The position numbers and the translations under genes were made by a program. Positions 26,049 through 39,293 of a stretch of DNA of 64,000 nucleotides are shown in pieces (within the stretch, counting starts at the first letter, position 1; the number at the start of each line of letters is the position of its first letter). The notes beneath the pieces were generated by a model. That model was not told the origin of the DNA. It searched no databases and worked only from the letters and a program-made list of their open reading frames with translations. Source of the stretch: Styela clava (lineage: Eukaryota); assembly GCF_964204865.1 (NCBI RefSeq), contig NC_135254.1, positions 14,446,001-14,510,000 on the forward strand. Reading direction: 5' to 3'.

Positions 26049-29000
26049 TTATTTTTTGGAACAGTGAAAAATTCTGCCTTCCACCAGTGGCCAAATTTGC
26101 CACCTTACATCTTCATAACTTTTCTGTCGTTCTTTTAAAAGTTTAAAATTATTTTTGTTTTCTTCAATTGCGGTTCTCCGTTGCATCTCAGAAGAATCGG
26201 TTATTTTTTTCGACTCGTCAAATATCCCATCGCGGTTTATTTCAAGCAAATGTTGCATATGCATCGCTCGTCTATCATAGAGTGCGTCACTGACATCATT
26301 TACAAAATCGCGCTTTCTTGAAAGCTCACTGTCGCGTCGTTTTCTGTTGCCATTTATGTCGAGGTCTTTTGGTAATATGTCCTCCATTGATTTCTGAAGT
26401 TTGTGAACTGGCGAATCTTCAAAGCTAGCCGAATATACTTCGTGTAAATGCCCACTTGCTGATATAATTTTTTTTCCACATTCAGTGACCCTCAGCTAAA
26501 AATGTAAAAAATATGGGTACAGTTAACATCCCAATTAGCCGAAATGCAGAAATAAACAATGTGCGTCCTTGTTTTTGATTTTGTATGCATTTGATAGAAC
26601 TTACTTACAATTTTTAGTTCCATCAAATGCATATAAAATCAATTCTACACGTTGGTTTAGAATAAAAAATATTGTTCACAAAATGAATCCGATAAGACGA
26701 CATATTCCGACTACCATATTAGATATGGAAGGCAGCTAATTAGTCAAATATTTCGAATGCACGCTGCCATCTACATGGCAGCACTATGTAGGAAGTCTTT
26801 GAAGAGACATATTGACCATATATCTACTCCTAACTCACAAACCTTTTCTCCTGTTCTTTCTTGATGTTTGAGCAATTGAGCCACATTGGAAATGTGATTC
26901 CTTACCACCGTCGATACGATCGGGCCACTGTCAGGATCGTTGAAAAGCCTGCACGAACGAAAGCATTCATATCCATCTCGCCCTCTTGCCACATAAGCTT
27001 TAGTAGCAAGCTTATAAAATCTTTCCAAGTCCAAGGGTTCCCCGTGGATCTTCACACTCTCGCGAACCACGCGTTTTCCTGGAGATGCTTTAGGATCGAA
27101 TCCAAAACAAAACCCAGAGACCTAAAAATGAGATAGTGCAAATGAATTATAAACGCTGGATTTTTCCAGAAGGAAAGTAAACATCGAGCTATGTACAAGC
27201 ACTGGTCCAAGGCCACTATATAACAATCGGTTCAGAAATATGGTTAAATCGACACTTTACCTGAGCAAATCTTCCTTCATGTCTTGGGTATTTACAAACG
27301 GCATTCTCTAAGCCTCGTAAAAGCTGTTGACCCGTGACTTCTAGAATGACAACGTTATCGTGTATTGGAAGGATTGACATGAGGTCACGTACGCGGAACT
27401 CTTCATCACTGTGAACTGTGTTTGATCGGAAAGTGCCAGAGTTAATGAGAACGATGTCTGCTCTCGTTGTCATTCTCATTACATCGGCGACAAAATTTCC
27501 AAGATTGGTTTCACGACTTCTCACGTGTTTGTACAGCCCGTCCAATGACGTCTGGAAATTTATAGAAATGAGTGTTGCTCATTGTGTTATTAGTGGCTAA
27601 TGCATATGACAAGATATGAATTCCTAATTGAGTAGGGCTTTTTCGCTAGGCTAGTCTTGGCATATAAATCGAAAAAGGCCCGTTACGTTCTGTTTTGAGT
27701 AAGAAAGGAACATTTATATGTAAAGCACAAAAAATCGACACCCTCGTCCGAAAGTTTTGGTTTTCGGCGTATACTTTCACCCTGGAATGCGATTTTTTTG
27801 TATTTTCTTTAATTCGTGTATGTAAAGTTCGTACTTTCAGCATAGTGAAGAAATAAATTACTGATTGATGATCGCAAATAATGAATACAATTAAGATTTT
27901 ATTAACAATATCAAATTTTCGTCAGTTTAGCTCAAAAGTGATGACTTTTGAACAGTTATCTGGTACCGCAGGCTAAAAACTAATGAATTAAATTAATTAA
28001 TCATTTTTGCAAATCATGAGTGACTGTGCATGCGGTACCCCTTTTGTGGTTTAGAAGAACATTGGCTTATCCCGAATAGGTCATTAAAACAGTGTTATAT
28101 TCAGCACAATACCCTTAGTGGTCCGATTGATTCCTGTAGTTGCCTTTCTAATACAGTCATATAACGGTTAACGATATTTTCCATATCTACAGCTGGTTCA
28201 ATCTTGGAGGTTACATCGTATCTGGTAACGCTCACGTCGAAGTCTCCGCCATTTTTTAGAAACAGATCAACGCGGGAAAACGTTTGAAATTCACAGCCAC
28301 TTTTTACTATGACGCAATCTAGAGATAAAATAATGGTTTCATATTCCTGCATTAACACATCATTATAATGATGATTGATGGCCGACAATATATGAGTTAC
28401 GTTACTACGCAATCATGGTACGTTGACTGCACAATGATTAATAGTACGGTTTTTCAATTTATTGTCATGATGCGTGCCCTCATCAATGTGACTCCTGCAG
28501 TGATATAACAAATGAGAATAAAAATAGAGCATAAACGTATCAAAATGATTACTATTTGAAACCGCATTACGCATAAAATTATTAAACTTCTCGACGTTTT
28601 GAACTTTGGTGGGCGTATCAAAACATTTACAAACTATATTATATGGTGCAAGTTTTACGAGTTTACACTGTTTAGACTTTATAATTCAGATTATATTTGA
28701 AGGGAGCTGTTCCTTGTTCATTTTATCTTGTGATGCTTAGTTTATCCGCGTTAATAAAACAACGAAAGAGATAATTACCATCCACAAGTTTGACTCCGTA
28801 CTCATGGTCATGCCCTCCGAGAATTATGTCGATATTTTTCACCTCCTGGGCAAGACGAATGTCGTTCGGCCAACGCATATGCGTTAACGCGATAACCAGA
28901 TTTGCACCTTTTGTCTTCAAATCACTCGCAAGCTCGTTTCCTCGTGTGACGTAGTCTTCAAAACAGAGCTCTGATTTGTCCACAGTTGTCAACGTGTCTA

Positions 29001-32000
29001 ACCATTCTTCTTCTATCAAACCAATGAGGCCAATCTGAGAAGACACACAGTGAAAAAAACTGGGATACACAACAAGAGTAGTTTTAAATTATTTTCCTGT
29101 GTAGATATAGAAGATATGTTTAGAATCATGACAGTAATTGTCTTCTCCGATATCCCGAACATATGGAGTGCATAATATCAATTTTAAAATCCTGGTGGTT
29201 TAAGTAATTAATTATATAGTTTATAATTTGGTAATAAAGGATATAATTGATTAATTGGCCTACCTTTAAACCGTTCCATGGCATGATTCTACTGATAACT
29301 CCATCGCCAAAAGGTTCCCCGTTGTCTTTTTCTGTGACGTTACTAAGAAACCAAGGGAAATTCATGCTTTTCGCGCAGTCTGCTGCATGTTCCACACCGA
29401 AGTCAAACTCGTGATTTCCAAATACAGCTGCGTTTACCTAGGTTTTGAAATAGATATATATATATATAAAACTTAAAATTACAAATTTGAATTCTCGAAT
29501 CCATTTGACTCGCATTAACACATGCCGATTTTTCTAAGTGACAGTTCATAAATATTTCACCTTTATATGATTAAGAACTTCGATCATGTGCCTTCCCTTT
29601 GTGGCACTAGACAGGATGGATGGATTGAGACAGTCGCCGCCAAAAGCAATAAAGGGTTTCTCTCCGTTACAATCTTTTTTTGCAACTTCGAATATTTGTT
29701 GGAAAAGGTTTGAAAATCTAGCAGCGCCACCCACTGGTTCCTTTTTTCGCTCCGTAAGTTCGTAAACATCATTGAAATGCAGAATACTGAACCTTTTTGT
29801 AACCTGTTAAAGTAAGTTATTGCACAAGTTAATATACCGACATTTTGGATAGAAGCCGTAATATCCCGTTATCGATTATGCTGAGAAAAATATTATTCAA
29901 TATAATAAACTCACATCGGCAGGAAGTGAACAGATACTATGTGTCCGACTGCTGGTTGAAACAATGGATTGTTCCTGAGATGGTTTTAATCTGATATCTA
30001 GTATTGATCCTTTCTCTGGAAAATCAGCAATTGTTTTATTTTCGCTGTTGATAGTGGAGTCGTCATTTTGATGAATATCACGCTTTGCTTGTGCGTTATT
30101 AGAGTTTTTAATGTCGGAAAAATGACTGCGGATCCACCTATCTTCAAGTCCTGCATTGTCGTTGCACTTTTCGCTTCTTTGCGATTTTATAAGATCAGCG
30201 TCGCTTGCTGTTGCACATCCTTTCACTTCCAAGGCTCTTACTGTGGGATCTTCGTCGCTGCTGCTTGACTCGGTGCTGATCGCTTTTTCGACTATTCTAT
30301 GTTGATTATGTGGATTTCCAGCCGTTACTACCCCATTTTGTTTATCCGTTGTTTGACTAATATTGGATCTTGTTGGGGACTGGGCAACACTTTGAGAGCA
30401 TCCCATAGTGTCTTTGGTATTTATCGATGATTCGTCATAACTTCCTCTGAAATATATATACATAGAACGAGTTAATTACTCTCAAAATGGCGAGGTAAAC
30501 GGCACAATACAAAAGTGGGCAATCTAAGCACCTCCATCATTTTAAAGTTATATAACTTACCTAGGACTGGGAAGGCCGGGCTTCGAGTTATTGGAATCGC
30601 TGTCACTAAATCCGAAACACGCGTAGCAACCAACGACGTCGTCATCACTTGAATTCTCACTGCATACTTTTTCTGCAAAAATAGACAAATTACAAACAAC
30701 TTTATTCCGTAAATTTTATGAACTTTTGTGAATGAATTTTTATGACGAGGGTTTGTTACCGGTACTGCAGTTAGAAAACGAAATTTAGCAAGTTCGCAGT
30801 TAACGCAAAGCTAAAAATTGTCTTCACTAAGAGGCGAACCCTTTTTTTTCAATCAGCTAAAAAAAATATGGTTAGAGCAAAATAGCCTTAGCCAGTTTCA
30901 ATAAAAGCGAAATCCTTTCAATTCGGCAACATTTAATTCGAAATTGCATGATCTTCTCTTCAAATTTACGGAGACTATGCAATTCTATACTGAACGATTT
31001 TAAAGAGGCAACGAAGAAGTTTTACAGGGGCATGAGCAGGCGCAATGTGTATTGAATATTTTAACGTACTTGTGTGACCTGCATTCGGTTAAATACACTC
31101 AGTGAAAGTATGAAAATTTCATTACTGTACAATTATTAATGGCAAAGGTACGGAACGAGCGGCCATGGTGGGTTAGCTCTGTGTGAAAACGGCCTATTCA
31201 GTCTCGATAATATTATTGTTTTTTACATCACACGCTATGAAGGTCGATGTCACCTTATTTTGCGATAGTTCTCTATCGATATCTGGTGACTACGAATCCG
31301 TGCGTTGCCAAAGTGAAAGCGTTCGTTGTCACTCACGAATATCAACAGGAATCCGAGAGCGTAGTATCGCATTGAGGTATTTGTTGAAGGTGAGACAGAT
31401 ATATGAATAATAAATGGGTCGGGTTTCTCTGGCTATGTATTGGCCCAGGGAAACCGTACGCTGCAGAATCGGAGGCCAGTCGATACTTTGTTCTCCGTTG
31501 AAATATTTGCGGGAACTCGCCCCCGTAAACATATATGCTATGCAATTAAAAAGTTGCTATCTCATAAAATTAAAATAATAGAAACACCGATCGGCCGGTA
31601 TCGTTTTACGTCAATACCATGGTATTTTTAAATTTCAAAATTTATAATTTTTCATGCACCTATAATTGTGGCTTCAATATATGCGGCATTCGGATCCATT
31701 GATGGTGTATTTTGTTATAGAGGCGCGGAATCAATCATGCTTGACAAACTTTTAAAATATATCTTTCACATTGTAAGCCTTTTAACGTTGTAAAAATAAG
31801 CAAAGAAAATAACCAACGATAATACTAACTTACGAGACTTAATACCACCAGGACGCGCAAGCCCGTGAGCTGCGTTCCCGAGGTGAGCAATGACTCCCCG
31901 AACCCGTGTGCATAGCATATTAGTCCACTAATATGAGACTTGTTCACCCTAATAACAGGTCTAAACTTTCAAATAAAAACACAATATGCACCTACCGGCT

Positions 32001-32627
32001 GACTTTACCTCAAAGAAAAATCTTTTCGCAAAATATCCAAAGCGATATCTATCTTGCTGGCAGCGGGCAGAAAACTTCACACTTTTTGAATGCGTGTTAT
32101 AGTCATTTATTTCGATTATTATGATGTCATAAATCCTAACTAAATTGATTTCCAGAATACACTCAATCAACCACGGGAGGTAAATTAATCAAGCTTTTCA
32201 ATGGGTTCGTCAACGGTATAAGAGTCGCGATTGCATCTCTGAAAGTGTCAGGTCGAGCGATTTGAAAATAGAATATGCCGATAGCAGGTAATACGGAGGC
32301 GGCAATCGATTTTACACATTTACGACCGACATACTATTGAAATACGACAGTGCAAGCTTTGCCCGGTGCGCGGCATTCAAAGTCGTTGGACTTGAACATG
32401 AAATACTCATAGAACTGCCTTCCATAATTTGCCCAGGGGTGTATTCAACCTCATCATTTACTGAATAAACTTAATCGATACACTGCCTACCATATTATGT
32501 ACAAAGTGCTACTTCTGAATAACCTTTCCTTGTACCGAATGTTTTATTGATTACTACAACATATTAACATACCTTGAAAGCGTTCCCGTACCGCCGTCGT
32601 GTAGTCCTTTTCCACTGTCTTCGGCAT
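26049..32627 (-). CDS. 5'-nucleotidase family metallophosphoesterase (CG11883-like, no signal peptide); ~795 aa from ATG 30406 or ~864 aa from ATG 32627
   Basis: Exons (minus) 32627-32573 and 30672-30561 (both inferred), then 30446-29915, 29803-29561, 29437-29264, 29034-28779, 28318-28113, 27551-27261, 27121-26843, 26495-26049. Motifs ILHFNDVY, EPVGGAARF, GGDCLNPS, GNHEFDFG, ALTHMR, LGGHDH, ETNLGNFVAD, NSGTFRS, EGRFAQVSG, GRDGY, PLVEGRI. Confidence 0.9.
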
Positions 32628-34584
32628 TTTTATAACCTATAGTTTACTATATTAGAAATCACATAACATTCTAAAAGCTGTAAATACAAAAAAAAGACAA
32701 GTTATTCTGGTATACCGCGTCTGACAAAACGAAAGGAAGAAAGTGGGTCTCTATTTTGACCTTATATATTGTGTCTTTTACGTGGGACTGCGACATAATA
32801 AACTGTTCAAATAACCACGCAAAATGTACACACAAACGTATTCCAACGCCGAATTGTGTGAGAATACCATCGAAGGTATATTAAGCCTTCAAGACATAAT
32901 TTTATCTAAGCCAGTTCGTTGGGTATGTATTTGAACGTATATTACAAGCATAGGTTTGCTCATATCATACAACTTGTTTCGTTTCGAAGCAATACTAAAC
33001 CACCATACAGTATTATAAAGCGTTATCGATTGACGTAACAAAAGCCTGCGTAACGAAGGGACAAAGAAGGAACTCGCCCTAGCGCGTTTAGCCTTTTTAT
33101 TGATGAAACGTTCAGGTTTTGCCTTTTTCTCGCTGTAAGTACACGGCGCGTCACCATTTGTAGCTGAAACCATTTTATTTCTGTGATATTTATGAAATTT
33201 GGAAAGATTGATGAATTTTCAATAATATAATTTCAATATTTCACAAATATATTTTTGAAATAAAAGTTAGTAAAATGCTAATAGCAACCGCCTTATTGAG
33301 ATGACAAGGAAATCGTCACGGCATGTAAAAACAGCTGATTTCTGTTGCCAAATACGAGTGTTGTGCTCAATAGTACACTTCGCTATGCGCGTGCGTAATG
33401 CATATACACAAGGCGGAAGTATGCGTTTTCCCACTCAAGCTGTGACTTCAGGTTATTATTCTTTATATGATTTAAAGACGCGTTAATTTATTTCGTTTCT
33501 GAAATACACGGCCACCTATTTAAAATTCTGTACTACTGGTTGCAATTGTGTAAATATATGAAAAAATTATCTTTTTTTTTTGTTTGCTGGCGTGACGGGC
33601 TATTCATTTCAGTGCTGAAACCAGTATTAAAAAAGCTGTTTTAAAGTGACATCTCGTTGATAAATTCTCGATTAACACATCTAACATTTTCTGCTTATGC
33701 TCAGCGTGCTTTCACCGCAATTTTACCCATGGCGGATTTGAAATAGATTATCTGTTCTCATCTAAGAAGTGTTGATTTAGGATGTTGATAAAACAAAAGC
33801 TACGACCGAAAACATGTGCATGAATCGCAAGACAGTTGTTGCTTTGGCTACAGGTTGATATTTTCCAAAACCATCTTAGCTATACATTGTTCTATGCTAT
33901 TTTTGCTCCTGCATTTTTCCATAAACTCGAGTGTCTCACTAGGTAACTTATTTGTAGAACAATTGTGTCTGGTAAATTATATAAATGAGCAAACATTCAC
34001 ATTTGGCATACATGACAAGGGAGACAATATCCCACATATTTGTCATTTTATTGACTCAAACACCCAGCAACAGCGCATTACAACATCGCAATCAGGGTTC
34101 AGATTATGCACCAATAACATGTTTTCAAAGTATTGTATTATAGTGAATACGACATCCTGACCATTGACACATCTGAGGCAAACATGACTGCATAAATATG
34201 TTTTAGATATAACTGAAATTTTTTTCAATTGCAAGTACAACAGTATATAAAAGGAGTTACAATAGATGGAAAACTAGTTTACATCTTAACTCATAAGCTT
34301 AATAATACAACACTGAAGCACATTTGTCGCTAGCGTTTACCATATCTTTGTCGTAAATGAACTTACAGCAGGAAAAAAAGATTGGGATTATAAACAAGAA
34401 AATTAAATCTTCTAATAAAAGATTAGATAATGAATTTATTGAGGAAAAAAAAAACGAGAAAATTGAACCTTGTAACAAAAAATGGATGAAACAAATCTTT
34501 CTAAAGTAAAGTATATTTGAAATACTGTGGTGATTGAAGAGCCAATGAATGGGCTTCCTTCCGATCCTCCTCCTTTTCAAGACA

Positions 34585-36979
34585 TCATGACTTGATTGCA
34601 AATATTCTGAGGGTTTGAAATAAACCTATTAAAAGAGTAGTTTTACTTTTTGAGATGCTTGAATTGTTATCCAATTCACGAATAGCGATAGGGCTGGAAG
34701 TAGTTTCACTTTCTTCCGACTCATTCAAATTCATGGTTTCATTACCGCAACTGTTGCTCTCTTTCGATGAGTGATACTTCTCTATAAGTTTTGAGAAAGT
34801 GTCAACAATAGCATTACAGAAATCGGTTTGATGCATCAAAAATCCACCTATATGTCCTGTGTTGAGTAGCCTCACCTGCAATAAGAAATATTAACAGTCA
34901 GACAGCTTCAATGACTTGCAACTTCACAAAATAGATTTTGAATTCATATTGCTAAAATAATTTGAAAAAAAAAAGAATGAAATGATTCCTTTTTAATCAT
35001 TAATGGCAAAATTCAAACAATTTGATATTCAGAATATTAAAGTATACTCTGAATTATCAATTGGGTCATAATATAAACAAGCTGGTAGGCGCCCAGTATG
35101 GATCTCCGCCATTGCTTGAGCTATGAAGCCAAGTCATTTCAGGTTTACCAACTGGTAATAGGAAGACGCCATTGTACCAAAACTGCCAGGTCATTGTGAG
35201 CACTGTGCGTCTCATCAGTTTCAATCAGCGAAAGTTATGCTGTGGCTAATAATTAAAGCATGTTCAGTGAAACTCCTAAAGCTTTATCAGTTTATGGACT
35301 ACAGAGATGAAAGACTTGTTCTTTGGATTGTTCGAAAAAGTATTTATTTCCGCAGAGGGTAGCATTCGCGAAATTTTAATATTCAAATTGGTTGAGGAAA
35401 AAGGCGAAAATTTATGAAAATAATCGGAATATTTTTAACCATCGGCACATTTTTCACTGCTGCCATGGAAACAAAATATCAATCTCGGCTTTCGGTGAAA
35501 CGCACATTACTAGGGTGACAGCATTACTCGCGTTGGAAATTTGATACAGATCAGTCAAGCTGTTAAGAAGCTACAGCTTCGACACACTGACAGGACAGAA
35601 TGACTGAGAAAAAGGGTACATATGTTCAAAAAATTAATTCTAAAAACACATGAAATTCCAGAAACAAGAGTTTGATGAAGCTATTTTGAATCTGCCTATC
35701 ACATTTTAATCAGTACATAACATTACAAGCAGAAATAATCCAAATTGAGGAGTATCCAATATGACCATTTTTGATCCATTCAAATATTTGATTCAGTTGG
35801 GAATTTAATCATAAAAAAATTATTGAATGTTACCTCACAACCAGGCCAGACCTCATTCATTGGTCGTAAACTATGTATCGGATAATACGCATCAGCTTTC
35901 GCGATTACGAATGTTGCCATTGATGGGTCAATTGGAACTGAAAAATTTTGGAGATCTGTCACTTGATCCATAACACCTTTCATAAATCTAAGGGTCTGTT
36001 TCCGCCTTCTCTCTCTGTCATCCTTCTCCGATACCTGATCCCCAGCAACATTTTTCATTACATATGTCGGTTTCAGAGCACCTTTATCTTTCACATAGTC
36101 TTTACCTAGTTCATAGGAATCCACAGTGTTATATTTAATCAGGTCATTGATTTGGGTCTCATAATTTGGATCTTTTGCATATTGAGATTCCAACACCCTC
36201 CATGGTATGGCGTTACTAAGAACCCCTTCTGTCCAAACTACAGAAGAAGAAGTCCAAGACATGCAAGGTACAACAGCGACTGGTTTAGGTGAAGTTGTGG
36301 CTGCTAATGAAGCCATATGTCCACCCATTGATATACCAGTAAGACCGAACGGCCCAAAACCTTCTTTTTCAAGCCATTTTAGCAGAACTTGAGTTTCTAA
36401 AATAAGGCATAGACCCATTAAAAATAGGTCTTTGACATGTAGCAAACCGGAACGAGATTGATCTTTTGGTTTTCGTAAACCATAGTACGGATTTTCCAAC
36501 AATAAAGAAGAAATTCCATGCGACAATAACGGCTTAGCGATGAGTTCTCGTCTTCTAGAAAACCCATGGTCGCCCGTTCCAGCCATATGAATGCACAGCG
36601 GATTTAAGTCAAGTTGTTTTATTCTTCTTTTCAAAGAAGTAATACTATCTGGTTTGGATTTCCTTGGAGTTGCAGGTAACACCATTTGGAAGTGTGACGT
36701 CTTACACTCTTCTGGTAGCAGTTTGGGTAAAAGTTTACAGACTGGAGAAACGAAACTACCATCGACAGTCACGCACCCATTGCTTGAGACTGGATTTTCC
36801 AAGGTCACATTAGATTCAGATATGTGATCATTAACATAATCCAAACATGAATCCCTGTTGGAAATCACACCATGGACCTTCAATATTTCCTGCAGTTCTT
36901 CTGGTTTACCCCATCCTCTGGTATAGAATTTTGTTAAGATGAGCCTTCGGTAGAATAAATCCAACTTGCTTAAATTCAT
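34585..36979 (-). CDS. ABHD18: Alpha/beta hydrolase domain protein 18 (DUF2048), 2 exons, ~478 aa
   Basis: Exons 36979-35834 and 34875-34585. Motifs SKLDLFYRRLILTKFYTRGWG, HMAGTGDH, LENPYYGLRKPKDQ, GISMGG nucleophile elbow, WPGCE|VRLLNTGH. The extreme C-terminus is less certain. Confidence 0.92.
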
Positions 36980-37036
36980 TTTGCCACTCCTCGGCCCTCA
37001 CACTTTTAATCAAATACTTTATATTATGTCATTATT

Positions 37037-37052
37037 CTGCAAAAAATTTATT
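37037..37052 (-). promoter_or_regulatory. AATAAA immediately upstream of a splice acceptor (candidate operon junction)
   Basis: Minus strand tttctttttacAATAAAttttttgcAG|aataat, ~57 nt upstream of the ABHD18 ATG. Confidence 0.5.
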
Positions 37053-38348
37053 GTAAAAAGAAATTGCAGCAACACAACTTACAATTTTACACCCTACAAA
37101 AATCACTTGCACGAAAGACTTCATATGCAAAAAAGATTTTCCAATCAACACCAAGGTCATAAGCATAAAGCCTGTCCACAACAAAAAATGCAAGTTCAAA
37201 TCTGAATTACAGGTAAAACACTTCCAAGAGCTCAAAATCCAGTCAATTTTAATTCCAGAATAAAAGCATGCATATTCAGTTGTAGCAGTTCACCAATAAA
37301 TCATGAAACATTTTTAGCATAATCCAAAAGAGAGCATGTAGTTCTTGTAGCATTTCTTGCACAAACCATATTAAAAGAAGGATAAACATGGGCATCCTCT
37401 AGTTAGGATAAGTTTATCAGGTCCAGGGATTTCCAAGATGAATCAAAAACATTTAAAATTGGATACATTTAAATTAGTTAAGTATTGATTTGGGGATTAT
37501 TTTCATCTATCATTTAAAACATTTGACATCCAATAGTCAGACAAAAATAGACTTCAGTTAACTTTTATTAAGAATAAATCCCAGTAATGTTTATTCCAAC
37601 TATCCTGTATTAACAAATTTGAGTGAAGTCGTCGATGAACAAGACACAATTTAGACACATTCGAAATTTATATCCAAAATATTGTTTCAGAATAATTTAT
37701 ATAACTTTAGCTATCCTTGAATTTCAGCCTGTTACGTACTTGACTAGTGGGGGGTGGTTGGGCTAATATCATACTTGGAAGTGGGGGAGAGACATTTTTT
37801 CCCTAGTTTCACTAAGGCCAAAACTTGTTAGTGTAAAGTGATATGATTCACATTTTAGCAAAAAAGTATGAACTATCTTTCAACTGTTATTATACTAGCA
37901 AATTGAACAATAAACTGAGACATTCCAGCCTAGACTAATATTTTGAGGACTCTCTCATATAAAAGCAGTCACTCACTCAGCTACTCCAGCCGTAATTTAC
38001 TGTAAAACAAGTCATAGACGGAAAACTGTGGGAACAGAGTTCTTTAGTCATTGAGGTGAAAGTGTCTCGATTTCACTAAGCTTATAGGAAGCTGACCTAA
38101 AAATGAAATCTAAATAATCATGACAGCTTTCAGTAAAAATGAACAGTGACAGTCGACAGCAATAAAAGTGTCAAACCCAATAATTAAAGTACTGAACCCA
38201 ACGTGGAGCTAAAAGTTTTTTTGTCTTTACTCAAAATGTTTTTATCAACAATAACAAACTAAGTGCTCATGGCGTTACGGCTTTCATCCGCATTTGGCAG
38301 TATGGAGTACAAAAGGCTTATCAATGCCTTTATGTCAATGAATCATCT

Positions 38349-39293
38349 TTATTCTTCTACAGTAGGCAACCAAAATGCCATGTTAGAGCATGTTGACGCA
38401 ATCATCATATATCTCGGATTAAATTGTACGCACTGAAGTGGGCCTGGATGTTTTCCATCTAAAACAGCCGTCTTGCTTCCGTCTTCAGTACTCCAAACAT
38501 GGATTCGACCATCTTGTGATCCAGATAGAATATACTGTGCATCTGGGCTGAAACTGGCCTCTAAATATAAACCTTTAGTGTTAATATGACCCATAAAAGT
38601 TTGGAGTGGCTCGCCATGAAAAGCATCAATCAATCGTAATGTTGAACCATTGGTTGAAATTAGGATCATTTTTCCATCGGAGCTGAATTTTAATCTTGTC
38701 CAGTCACAGTCTTTATCAGGAGTCAGTCGAAACGTTGTAAATGGACCTTTATCAAATGATCTCAAATCATATAATTTAATCATTTCAGAATTTATTCCAG
38801 CTGCAAAAATCAAACCCTCTGGATCGAAAGAAGCGCATGGTCGGCCAGGGAGATGCATTAAACCCTGGCAATTTGGAGATCTCAAGTCCCATAAACGTAT
38901 TGTCTTGTCCAATGATCCAGATAAGAATGTGTCATCCACAGGGGACATACTTAAGGTCACTACTCTTTTTGTGTGTCCAGTGAAATAACGAAGATACTTA
39001 TTATCATGTAATGATTGATATCGAATTGCGTCATCAACTTTGTTTGAAGCATAAATTACAGTGTTTCCAGCGTGAGTGTAGTTTATGTGATCGACACCAT
39101 ATTTTTTACTGTACAATGTTCTCTTTGGTTTTCCTTCTGTACAGCAATCATAAATTACAATCGAATCGTCATCGCTAGCTGATATCAAATTTTCACCATT
39201 TGGTGCAAAATCGACGCTGTTTATTTTTTCATTATTTTCACGAAAAACTTTGGCAACTCGAAAACTTTTTACTACAGAATCCAGTAGCTTCAT
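38349..39293 (-). CDS. WDR82: WD repeat protein 82 (Swd2; SET1/COMPASS and PNUTS-PP1 subunit), intronless CDS, 314 aa
   Basis: [68 protein letters not shown] is near-identical to remembered WDR82. TTTCAG acceptor at 39320-39315. Confidence 0.97.
   Translation of the reverse strand: MKLLDSVVKSFRVAKVFRENNEKINSVDFAPNGENLISASDDDSIVIYDCCTEGKPKRTLYSKKYGVDHINYTHAGNTVIYASNKVDDAIRYQSLHDNKYLRYFTGHTKRVVTLSMSPVDDTFLSGSLDKTIRLWDLRSPNCQGLMHLPGRPCASFDPEGLIFAAGINSEMIKLYDLRSFDKGPFTTFRLTPDKDCDWTRLKFSSDGKMILISTNGSTLRLIDAFHGEPLQTFMGHINTKGLYLEASFSPDAQYILSGSQDGRIHVWSTEDGSKTAVLDGKHPGPLQCVQFNPRYMMIASTCSNMAFWLPTVEE

Noticed and set aside
7184-39293. Functional clustering of CDC73 and WDR82 (both Pol II-associated)
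   Set aside because: Opposite strands, 22 kb apart, unrelated genes between; nothing beyond chance.
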